Assembly (NCBI RefSeq): GCF_022045235.1
Contig: NW_027266319.1
Span: 67,456,001 to 67,520,000 of the forward strand
Source: Haliotis cracherodii
Taxonomy: Eukaryota
Length of the DNA: 64,000 bases
Direction: 5' to 3'
Both the position numbers and the translations under genes were made by a program. The notes beneath the pieces were generated by a model. That model was not told where the DNA came from and did not search any database. It saw nothing but the letters and a program-made list of their open reading frames with translations. How positions within the stretch are numbered: the first letter of the stretch is position 1; every line of letters begins with the position of its first letter. This document shows positions 1 to 9,720 of the stretch, in pieces.

Positions 1-105
1 CAAACCAATTTACCACGCCGTGACATAACTACAATATTGTTCCAGTATATTGTTAAACCCAACTTACTCAGTCATGGCGGTTTGCTCTCGAAGGCTGAAA
101 ATTGT

Positions 106-250
106 AGGGTGGTCAGACTCGCTGAGTCGGTTGAGGCATGTCATCGTATCCAAATAACGTTGATTGATGCTCATTATATCAGTCACTGGATTGTCTTGCC
201 CTGACTCGATTATTTACAGTATGCCGCCATAGTTCTGGATTATTGCTTAA
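106..250 (+). mobile_element. Family B short retroposon, degenerate partial copy
   Basis: Matches the family B body (gggtggtcagactcgctga...catgtcatcgtatcc...cactggattgtct...gactcgattatttacag) seen in many other copies in the window. Confidence 0.75.
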
Positions 251-264
251 TGTAAATAATACAG

Positions 265-745
265 CTTCTGTCACATATCTCCCCAATCTTGAAGTCACTA
301 CATTGGCTGCAAATACGCGAGAGGATTGATGTTAAAATCCTCTCTCTTGTCTACCAGTCTCTTCATAACACTGGCCCTGCCTATCTTCAAGAAATGTTTT
401 CTCAATACAAATCAACCAGAAATCTCCGATCAAATAACCAACTTCTGTACCATATACAGACTAAATTCCTTCGGTGCTCGATCCTTCTCTCATGCTGGCG
501 CCTCTCTTTGGAACTCTCATCCCTTCAGCCTCTAAAGTGCACATATTACCACTGTGTTTAAGTCCGGTCTCAAAACAATATGTGTTTATTTTTACTATCT
601 TAATGTCCCCTCTCTATTGTAGATATGTACATATGCTGACTTTGTGCATTGAGCATGTCCCTCAGTGATGTGAATTTTGCGCTATATAAATAGCCTTATG
701 ATGATGATGATGTGATGATGATGATGGTGATGATGATGATGATTA
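265..745 (+). mobile_element. 3' end of an L2/CR1-group LINE (frameshifted ORF2 C-terminus plus (GAT)n tail)
   Basis: Translation SHISPILKSLHWLQIRERIDVKILSLVYQSLHNTGPAYL and, in another frame, SFGARSFSHAGASLWNSHP match the HITPxLxxLHWLP..RI..K...AP.YL and G.RAFS.A.P.LWN.LP motifs of L2/CR1 ORF2 ends; followed by (gat)n at ~697-742. Confidence 0.85.
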
Positions 746-761
746 CTACTGAAGGGACTAC

Positions 762-903
762 TAATTTTAGTTCGTTATAACCGTAGTTCGATATAAGCAT
801 ACATACAGCATAACTACAGCAAATAGTCAGGACCAAAAACAAAAAAGTAAGTTCGTCATATCCGTCAGTTCGTTATAAACGTGTTCGTTATAACCGTTGT
901 TTG
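762..903 (-). mobile_element. Partial pogo/Tigger-like MITE (same family as 51645-51813)
   Basis: Repeated ttcgttataaccg motifs; reverse complement aligns to the intact MITE at 51645-51813. Confidence 0.65.
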
Positions 904-1061
904 ATAATCTAATCTACCTACTCACCTTTCTCTGCTGGAGAACGAGATACTTCAGAATCAATGACATCAACGACATTTACATTGTAGAATATTTTACGTT
1001 TGGTTTCCGCGAAATGCAAGCTGTTGAGGTTTTGATATTCGGAGCCGCTTATCTGAGAACA

Positions 1062-1224
1062 GGGGTGGTCGGGTAGCCTAGTGGTTAAAGCGTTTGCTCG
1101 TCACGCCGAAGACCCGGGTTCGATTCCCCACATGGGTACAATGTGTGAAGCCCATTTCTGGTGTCCCCCGCCGTGATGTCGCTGGAATATTGCTAAAAGC
1201 GGCGTAAAACCATACTCACTCACC
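1062..1224 (+). mobile_element. Family A tRNA-derived SINE, full length
   Basis: Pol III A box (tagcctagtgg) and B box (ggttcgattcc), shared 3' stem-loop tail, (ctca)n end; 11-bp TSD atctgagaaca at 1051-1061 and 1225-1235. Confidence 0.93.
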
Positions 1225-1463
1225 ATCTGAGAACAACAGCTGAATGTTCGAATATAAATGACATTAAGTCTTCCCATGGCAAACAGAAGATGTATACCTT
1301 GGCAATTTACACGTCAATCCCATGACGTTATTCTCGTTGAATATGTTCACTCATGGCAGCGTTACCCGTGGAAAATAAAATAAAAACCATTCATATTTAG
1401 CAAATATATTTAGATGCTATATTACACAAAAAAAGTTCATTGTGTTGTTGTCTTCTGTTTCAG

Positions 1464-1695
1464 TGGGGCCACCCTCGTCTCTACCTGTCCTGGAGGACAT
1501 TCTGGGCTCTGTTTCATACCTCCTGGCTTGTCAGTAGCATGGTGTATTCGACCAAAGTGACGTCATCACCGCTAGGTGGCGCTGTGTGGTTCATCTACCT
1601 CACCAACTGGACCTACCTCCTGCTGACCACCAGTGCTGTCCTGGACGCAGTCATCGTGGTGTTCGTCAGGATCAACAGACAGGACATTATAAAGG
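1464..1695 (+). CDS. Rolling stone-like (FAR-17a/AIG1-like) membrane protein, internal coding exon; upstream exon(s) not identified in the window
   Basis: Acceptor tttcag|TGG at 1463/1464; WGHPRLYLSWRTFWALFH...WFIYLTNWTYLLLT, where W.IYLTNW is characteristic of rolling stone proteins; donor G|gtaaac at 1695/1696, phase 1. Confidence 0.88.
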
Positions 1696-1977
1696 GTAAA
1701 CTTGATCACGTATTAATCGATATATCAATAAACTAATTAGGGCTCGCAAAAGCTGCCTCGATTGTTCTCTCTTTTGGAAAATATAAAGACAGTATTTATC
1801 GAATACACTAAACTATCAAGGTATTGAAACGTTTGCTGGCAAAATCCAAAGTTCAAAAGATTTGCGAAGCAAGTATACAATACACACAACTCTCTCATTT
1901 GCTACATCCTCAATGACGTGGAGTAAAATGGTACTCACACACATTTTTGTGTAATATGAATGCTTTTTCATCTTCAG

Positions 1978-2088
1978 GTTTCACCTCATATCTACCTTGG
2001 TACATAAAGGTATCTTGGCTCCTCAACAGTGTCGTCACTGAAGGGAGTTTACACATCAGCGCCATCTACTGGATCTTTATTTTCAAAA
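1978..2088 (+). CDS. Rolling stone-like protein, internal exon (not in the ORF track)
   Basis: Acceptor tcttcag|GT; (G)FTSYLPWYIKVSWLLNSVVTEGSLHISAIYWIFIFK; donor A|gtgaat at 2088/2089; phase 1 on both sides, in frame with both flanking exons. Confidence 0.87.
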
Positions 2089-2242
2089 GTGAATAAATTT
2101 TACCTTCTTACATAACATTAAAAAAAAATCTGTGTACTATGTAATGGGTTTCTTATTACATCGGTTTACCATAAATAAATCTATTACAAAAAAATGATCT
2201 ACTACAGGATATACGCGTGTATTGATATATCTTCTTTTTCAG

Positions 2243-2649
2243 ATCAAGATCTTACACTGCTGCGATTCATCCTCCACGGTATGAACTCCATCTACGTCTT
2301 GTTCAACCACCTCATCACCGCCATGCCAGTTCGTGTGTATCACGTGATCTACCCAATTATCTATGGCGTTATCTACACAGTTTTCAGTGTCGTTTATCAC
2401 ATACTTGGTGGGACCAATGAAAAGGGAGAACCGTATATCTACAAGATTCTTGATTGGTCCAAATTGAAGCGGACTCTACCTCTTGTGTTTCTGAGTACCT
2501 TTGTGGCTCTACCGTGTTTGTACTTAGTTATTTTCTTTATTCACATACTGAGGATTCATGTACGTTCAAAATGTCTGAAACAGAGAGAGGAGATAAGAAT
2601 TCTAGATTCGTCGACTGAAAGAAGTGACAGCGAAAGTGCACGTGTTTGA
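2243..2649 (+). CDS. Rolling stone-like protein, last coding exon
   Basis: Acceptor tttttcag|AT, phase 1; HGMNSIYVLFNHLITAMPVRVYHVIYPIIYGVIYTVFSVVYHILGGTNEKGEPYIYKILDW matches the H..NS / P.R..H / Y..GG / YIY.ILDW family motifs; stop TGA 2647-2649. Confidence 0.9.
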
Positions 2650-2826
2650 CAAGGTATCATACAACATTGTACCCAAGACGATTATAAATTTGTTTATCTC
2701 TGTCACGTTTTTAATTTTGAAGAAGAATACAGCGTCTCAACATACATTAATGATTTATACTAAGCAGAAAGCATACTCTTCCAAAGTGGATTTGAACAAC
2801 AAGTTACAAACGTTACTAGGCCGAAA

Positions 2827-3060
2827 GACCCGTGAAGGTGACTATGCGTGTCGTATGAGGCGACTAACGGGATCGGGTGGTCAGTCTCGTTGACTTGGTT
2901 GATGCAGGTCATCGTATCCCAATTGCGTGGATCGATGCTCATGATATCAGTCACTGGATTTACTGGTCAAGACTCGATTATTTAAAGATCGCCGTCATAT
3001 AGCTAGAATATTGTTATGTGCGGCGTTAAACAAACAAACAAACAAACAAACAAAACAAAC
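2827..3060 (+). mobile_element. Family B short retroposon with internal deletion in the 5' module
   Basis: gacccgtgaag...gtcgtatgaggcgactaacgggatcggg...gcggcgttaaac(aaac)n. Confidence 0.88.
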
Positions 3061-3552
3061 ACATGCTATGCTGAAAACAGTCACAGGACACTGCAAGGTA
3101 AAAACACAACTCAGTTACCGTATCGCATACATATCCATAATAAATATAAATGATTATAATAGTAAATCTTGTTTAATTGTAAGCCATTATCTAACATCGG
3201 TGTATACTTTCTTTTGGCCGGCAGTTAAAATTTGAAAAAGAATATTATGTTTTGGGTAATGTTTTTAGTATTCTTTGGTATTTACTGGTATAAAGTCTCA
3301 TCGACTCGAAGTCACAGGGGTTAGTGTAGACTGAAACTGAGCAGGATTCTTGTGGGAACATGCAGCTACATCTTAAACGACATACCAAGTGCACACTGGA
3401 CATCCATTAGTGTCGCTGGTTGCATTGGTACCTCTTTATAGAGCCTGTGCTCTGTATTACTTGAAACAGGTCTGCTTTATTTGTAGTGACTGAGGTCTAC
3501 TTTGCCTCGTGTGACGGACATATGTATTATCTGTAGCTCCAAGAGGTCTTCA

Positions 3553-3930
3553 TTACCTGTTGAGACAGTGGTCTGCAATACCTGTTGAGACAGTGGTCTG
3601 CAATACCTGTTGAGACAGTGGTCTGCAATACCTGTTGAGTCAGTGGTCTGCAATACCTGTCGAGACAGTGGTCTGCAATACCTGTTGAGACAGTGGTCTG
3701 CAATACCCGTTGAGACAGTGGTCTGCAATACCTGTTGAGACAGTGATCTGCAATACCTGTTGAGACAGTGGTCTGCAATACCTGTTGAGACAGTGGTCTG
3801 CAATACCTGTTGAGTCAGAGGTCTGCATTATCTGTTGTGATTGAGGTCTGCATTACTTCTTGTGACAGAGGTCTGCATTACCTGTTGAGACAGAGGTCTG
3901 CAATACCTGTTCAGATAGAGGTCTGCAATA
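3553..3930. repeat. Minisatellite, 25-bp unit cctgttgagacagtggtctgcaata, about 15 copies
   Basis: Near-identical head-to-tail units that degenerate at both ends. Confidence 0.95.
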
Positions 3931-4440
3931 CCCACAACCACATAAAAGGCCCTTTACCGAGGCCAACGAGTGCATAACGATATGTCATGGCGGCGTATCG
4001 CCGTGAGAACACTGACAGTCCACAGGGATATCCATGTGTATCTTAACGATTACACCGTGGAACCTTCTTGAGGTGAAGTAACTGATCCCTGTAGGATTTC
4101 ACAAAACACTAAGAATGTTATTTCATAGACATCGTTTCATCACAATGAAAGTATACAAGGATATCTAACCCATCTTGAACTCTTAACAACATGTTTGGTA
4201 AAGATGTCCACATGTATGTAAATGTTCGGAACAAGGGCTATTATGATACAGTAGGAACGACTGATATCGCCTGCCTTGTCCAGATAGGAATACGAGCCGT
4301 GCTAACATCCGATTAAAGAGCAGCGCGTTGAGCATGTATAGGATCATGGCCTGTCATTTCCTCACACACGAGACGATAAGAAACAAGGAGAGACTTATCC
4401 CGTTTGTCCGCGTCAATTCTACTGATGCTCCATGCTATAT

Positions 4441-4845
4441 GTCTGTTTGTCTGTTTGTTGTTTAACGCCGCACACAGCAATATTCCAGCTATATGACGGC
4501 GGTATGTAAATAATCGAGTCTGGACCAGACAATCCAGTGATTGATAACATGAGCATCGATGCGCGCGATTGGGATACGATGACATGCATCAACCAAGTCT
4601 GCGAGCCTGACCACCCGGTCCCGTTAGTCGTCTTTTACGACAAGCATAGTCACCTATTACAGCAAGTATGGGTTGGTGAAGACCTATTCTACCCCGGAAT
4701 CTTCACGGATCCAATGCTACATCAAACAAAGTCAGCGAGCCTGACCGACCGATCCCGTTAGTCGCCTCTTACGGCAAGCATAGCCACTTTTCACAGCAAA
4801 TATGGGTTGGTGAAGACCTATTCTACGCCGGATCTTCAAGGGTCC
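4441..4845 (-). mobile_element. Family B retroposon with a tandemly duplicated 5' portion
   Basis: Full copy ~4441-4712 plus a second copy of the 5' ~120 bp at ~4727-4845. Confidence 0.88.
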
Positions 4846-4989
4846 GAAGCTACATGTAAACAGGTTTAGTCGCAATTAAGTCGTGAATTTAATAACAGCT
4901 TTAGGTTTGTCATTTTCTTTTTAAAGTAACTGTATTCGCTCTTCATGCATCGTAAAATGACAAAAAAAAAAATAGGATACTTCTAAATT

Positions 4990-5795
4990 ATGAAACTAAT
5001 AGTTTTAACGGCAAACAGGAATGGCGCAAAACAAAGTTGCCAGACCTTTTTAATGCTCATCAAAACACAGTATCATCTCTTATGAGACGTTATCTACAGC
5101 AGAGCAACACTCATGACGGGTCATGGGCCGGTCATCCACATGTGACGTCACGTCAAAATGACAACCATATTCGGTTGGTGCATCTACGGAATCGATACCA
5201 AACTGCCACATTATCCGCTCGTACAATTCCTAGTTCGAGAACAATTGGTGGCAGAACACTATCCGGCCAGGATGTCAAACGATACGCCCAGTATTGCTTC
5301 AACGTCACCGTCATGTGTTGACGGCATCTGGGGTTCAGAAGACAGGACTGGGACAGCAGATTGTTCACAGATGAGTCCTGGTTTCATGGGGACAGCAGTG
5401 GTTGTGGTGCAAGGGTTCTACATGCGTTTTAGCGACGCTTGCAGTACTCAGTGTCGTTTGCGTTAAGTGGTATGGGATGGCATCACACGCGTTGGAGAAC
5501 CTAATTTATCATTGCGGCAGGATAATGCCCCCCCCCCCCCCCCCCCCCTGCCGACTGTTTGAGGAAGCATAACATTGTAGTACTGCCATGAACGGTTGTT
5601 TTTCGCGACCGTTCCCCTATAGAAAATGTCTGGGATGAGATTGAACGACGCCGACGACAGGAACAGAACCAGCCGGCAATAGCAATTTTCATTGACAAAA
5701 CCAATAACTTGTAACAGGTGACAAATGGACACGCTCTAAAAGAGGATCGGTGTAACAGCTCAATTAACAATGTCAATATCAGGTGTAACCACAGT
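4990..5795 (+). mobile_element. Degenerate Tc1-family transposon (transposase pseudogene)
   Basis: HTH/GRPR-like region FNAHQNTVSSLMRRY...AGHPHVTSRQNDNHIRLVHLRNRYQTA; first catalytic D motif WDSRLFTDESWF; SPIENVWDEIERR motif; multiple frameshifts; 3' piece (~5685-5795) inverted. Confidence 0.85.
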
Positions 5796-6020
5796 TAGTA
5801 ACAATACTCAAGTCCAAACACGGCCTGGAAACAAAGGTTGGGTTCACTGACGATGCCCATGTTCGGAATCGGATCCAGGTCTACACGAGACAAAGATTCC
5901 ACCGTTATATATGCAAACCCACAGCCCCTGATATGTAAACGTAAATGGTTTAGTAAGTGTGTCTGGTTGGGGAAAGAGGCTGATGGCGAATTGCCGACAT
6001 GACGGCATACATTATATTGA

Positions 6021-6182
6021 GTGAGTGAGTTTGGTTTTACGCCGCTTTTAGCAATATTCCAGCAATATTACGGCGGGGGACACCAGAAATGGGCTTCACA
6101 CATTGTACCCATGTCGGGAATCGAACCAGGGTCTTCGGCGTGACGAGAGAACGCATAAACCACTAGGCTACCCGACCGCCCC
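6021..6182 (-). mobile_element. Family A SINE, full length
   Basis: Reverse complement of 1062-1224; 13-bp TSD tacattatattga at 6008-6020 and 6183-6195. Confidence 0.93.
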
Positions 6183-7485
6183 TACATTATATTGACGTTG
6201 ACCTTGACCTTATACCCAAATAACATGGTATAACTGTCCACGCGAGGGACTGCATGAATGTAAACCACAGGGACAGAATTCTGTTTTACAGAAATACCAC
6301 ACTGAATGTTTTTTTTCTGGTGTTGCCGTTTACAATTGGAACCACACACTCAATAACAAATAGGGCAACTTATGTGACAGTAAATATATATCATATATGC
6401 TACTATTTTGTGAAAACGTCAAATCATGGAAATAATTATCTCTGTCACATTTATCAGGAACATAATTTCTTTCGCCACTCGCAAGGTTCCGATTCATACC
6501 GATGAAATTCCACCGTGATATTGCTGGAATATTGATAAAAGTGCCTTAAAACCATACACACCGATGTTTCAGGATACACTGAATCATGTAAACTATTTTT
6601 GGCTACCTACATACATGTATGTCCTAGACAGGAATGTATTTTGTTTATAACGGTAAACTTGTATTTGTATGTTTCTCAACGTAGAACAGACCAAAGGCCT
6701 GTTCAGTCGCGATATGGTTACATAGTCAAGGTTACACAGATTATCCAGAGACATTGTTTGCTCCTACATATCAAGGTAGCAGTACTTCGACGTGCCGACC
6801 TTGGCTTCTGATTCGTATATACGTCGTGGGAAGGGTATGCATACTTGTTTCTGTATAAATAAGTATTTAAACATAAACACCAAAAAATTCATATTTTTAT
6901 GTTGTGCATATCTCAAGCACCTGCAGGTAGGACAAGACTTCCTCTGAACAAGGTCTCAATTGGCCACGTGCACGGACTCCGAAGAGCCTCTCCATGACCT
7001 GAGGTGCAAATAATCTTAACTGCACTTGCACGTTATCATGACGTAAAAGAATTTAGACATCAAACGTTTCTGATGAGCCGTAACTCGCTGTTCCATAGCT
7101 GCCAGGAATCGCTGTTCCATCGGCACCATCCATATGCAAGTACTGTTCAATGAGGCGTTAACTCTCCACTTGTAGCATTGCAAATCTGTGATAATCGTAC
7201 AGGTGATATATAGAAACAGCAAATGGTTCATCTTTATTATCGGCTTCATCAGTTTCCGCGACTGGAATCACGGACAGAATAGCTCCCCAGTTTCAACCTA
7301 GGGCCCCAACGGCGTGGGACGATGGTCATGCTATCAACCACTGGTTTACCATCCCAAAATGATAATTTACAGACCTCCGCCAACTCACTTAAATCCATTA
7401 AGAGTATATCTATGTAGTTTATATTTTCCTGTCGTTATCCATGTGTTCACTGTACGCGACGTGACAATACGTCGAAGCTGACTGG

Positions 7486-7761
7486 TCCCGTGGAGATCCA
7501 GGGTAGAATAGGTCTTCAGCAACCCATGCTTGCCGTAAAAGGCGACTATGCTTGTCGCAAGAGGCGACTAACGGGATCGGGTGGTCAGGCTCGCTGACTT
7601 GGTTGATGCATGTCATCGTATCCCAATTGCGCGGATCGATGCTCATGGTGTCAAATCACTGGATTGTCTGGTCAAGACTCGATTATTTACAGACCGCCGT
7701 CATATAGCTGGAATATTGCTGTGTGCGGCGTTAAACAACAAACAAACAAACAAACAAACAA
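7486..7761 (+). mobile_element. Family B retroposon, full length
   Basis: Complete 5' module with two hairpin units, body, shared tail and (aaac)n. Confidence 0.92.
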
Positions 7762-8079
7762 ATCGAAGCTGACTGTGTAGTTTCCAACATCAGAGATGAT
7801 ATATCGGTCTGACAAAAATTATACATCACCGACCTCCTGGACGTCTCTACCGGGGTTTTCCAGTTGTAGAATATACCGTTACACTTCTGTTCTCTACTCG
7901 TCTTTATCTCATGCCAGCTGGTCTGGTCCTAGATCAACATCCACCAGACAAAATATCACAGACCGGGCAGACATTAATATCAATATAATATAAATTGTCC
8001 ATGCAAGAGAATAAACAGTCTAGCTATCCCTGGAAAAAAATTCCGATTGGCGTAAAGGGCAAACAGCTGTGAAAATAAT

Positions 8080-8165
8080 CTGAATGGACCACTGAAAATC
8101 AGTGATGACACCAATGTTAACGAAAAGGGTCAGCATGTCCTGTCCTGTTGGTAGCACCCGCCATT
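8080..8165 (-). mobile_element. Terminal (pseudo-LTR/UTR) fragment of a Naiad-type Penelope-like element
   Basis: Reverse complement gggtgctacc...caggacatgctgacccttttcg...gtcatcactgattttcagtggtccattca matches 22845-22930, 30345-30400, 33108-33180 and 53275-53343. Confidence 0.55.
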
Positions 8166-8680
8166 CTCGCAATTTGTATAAGAAAGTAACATTTACTATT
8201 TATTGCCTGACCCTGCACAGCAGTACTCCTGCCATGTGACGGCGGCCTGTAAACAAACCAGACAATCAAGTGATCCATGATGCATTTACCGTTATTGTTT
8301 AAACTAATAACTACGATATGTTAATTTTGGGTCACGTCTGCTGTGTTCAAATGCAGAGATCCTACTGCTTTATAAGGAAAACGTTTAAAATATATTCGTT
8401 TTGCAACACAGTGTGAGCAGTTTTAATGTTTTCCATTTTCCGACGGTTGTGTCATTCCAGGAGATTACCGCTGTTTATGTTAAATAAATACTCAGATATA
8501 TGGATATATCTTTTGTTGAATGACAGAGGTTTTTGTTGAAGGTTTCAAATAGTAATATCATTACTTTGAAGTCACCACACACATCCACTTGAAGCTATCA
8601 TGACGACCTTATTTGCGATTATGTTATGCTTAAAGCAATGGCAGTAATCAGGTCTTTGCAGGGCATTTAGAAGCGATTCA

Positions 8681-8847
8681 CACAAGCAAGATAATATATG
8701 GATGTCAACTTCTTTATTATGAGGAACACAACGTTTCGGAGTATATGCTTACTCCTTCATTCACCTGATGGAGGAGTAAGCATATACTTCGAAACGTTGT
8801 ATTCCTCATAATAAAGAAGTTGCCATCAATATACTCTCTTCCTTATG
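8681..8847. mobile_element. Fold-back remnant of a Penelope-like pseudo-LTR carrying minimal hammerhead motifs on both strands
   Basis: About 80-bp inverted arms (8681-8760 / 8768-8847); cac-CTGATGG-a-ggagta..tacttc-GAAA-cgttg at 8762-8799; direct repeat atggcagtaat at 8638-8648 and 8845-8855. Confidence 0.75.
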
Positions 8848-9264
8848 GCAGTAATGATTCTTTCCAATTCATGTTAGAGGCGTACTTCGTCCCATTGCTT
8901 GTTCGCAGGAATTGTTATTAGAGGCTGGTGTGAAATAGAGGAGATACTCCTGATATATACTGACAGATATGAAAGAGACATGTCCCAAAAGGGACCTAGC
9001 CTTCTAATATTATCAACATTTATAATGATTGGTATTTGTGTTATTCATATATCAAATCAAATATTTTGTAACTTTCGCGACACACACCAAATGCTTTAAT
9101 ATATTTTAGACTAATTTTTAGCTGATCATGACTACCTATTGTATACTAGTATGTGGCAACTCCTTTCGTATAGAAACAGTCACCAAACATACATACTGTG
9201 GTAAGTATGTACATTGTAAGTAATAACATTTAATTATATTATTGTAACCTACCTATTTTATGGA

Positions 9265-9720
9265 AGAAGAAGAAAAAGAAGAAGAAGAAGAAAATATTTT
9301 TTATGTGTACACACTATACATAAAAAAACGTGCATGAAATACATACACCAGGCCATAAAAGGCCGATGAGACACAATGGACAATGAAAAACATTATTTAT
9401 ATAACAGAATTATAACTTATAGGATTGCAAAACCCGATAATAATATATTATAATTTTAAGTAAGGAAATGTTGCCTATGTGCAAACATTTTTTAAATAGG
9501 TTTAAAGAGGTTTTATATACGTGTTACAGTTCATTAAGAACACTGTCTTGTCCACAGGAGAGAATGAAATAAATATAGGATCAGACTTTATAACTCTCAA
9601 CCATAAATCAGAATAAAATAGACAGTTAATGAGAAAATGTATCTCATCTTCCACAGCATTATTACATAATTTACAAATTCTATCCTGTAAAGGCCTGATA
9701 GATTTGGCAAATCTATATCA
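9265..9720 (-). mobile_element. 3' end of a non-LTR retrotransposon with C-terminal CCHC-type knuckle (RTE-X-like)
   Basis: Minus-strand translation RPLQDRICKLCNNAVEDEIHFLINCLFYSDL (R.C..C...VEDE.HFL..C..Y..L motif); 3' UTR with attgtgtctcat and a (ttc)n-type tail. Confidence 0.8.

Noticed and set aside
1062-1135. tRNA genes at the heads of families A, C and D (and a fragment at ~13285-13325)
   Set aside because: A/B boxes are present, but each head runs into a SINE body and tail with TSDs and I could not close a proper cloverleaf acceptor stem; these are SINE heads.
3553-3930. CRISPR-like appearance of the 25-, 22-, 41- and 69-bp arrays (also 31641-32076, 45163-45893, 57545-58372)
   Set aside because: Units are contiguous and homologous throughout with no unique spacers; no cas genes; eukaryotic context.
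4537-4761. Recurrent small ORFs such as MIDxMSIDxRNWDTMTCINQV / MVRLADLVDACH (many loci)
   Set aside because: They are translations of the family B repeat on either strand, and stops and frameshifts differ between copies.
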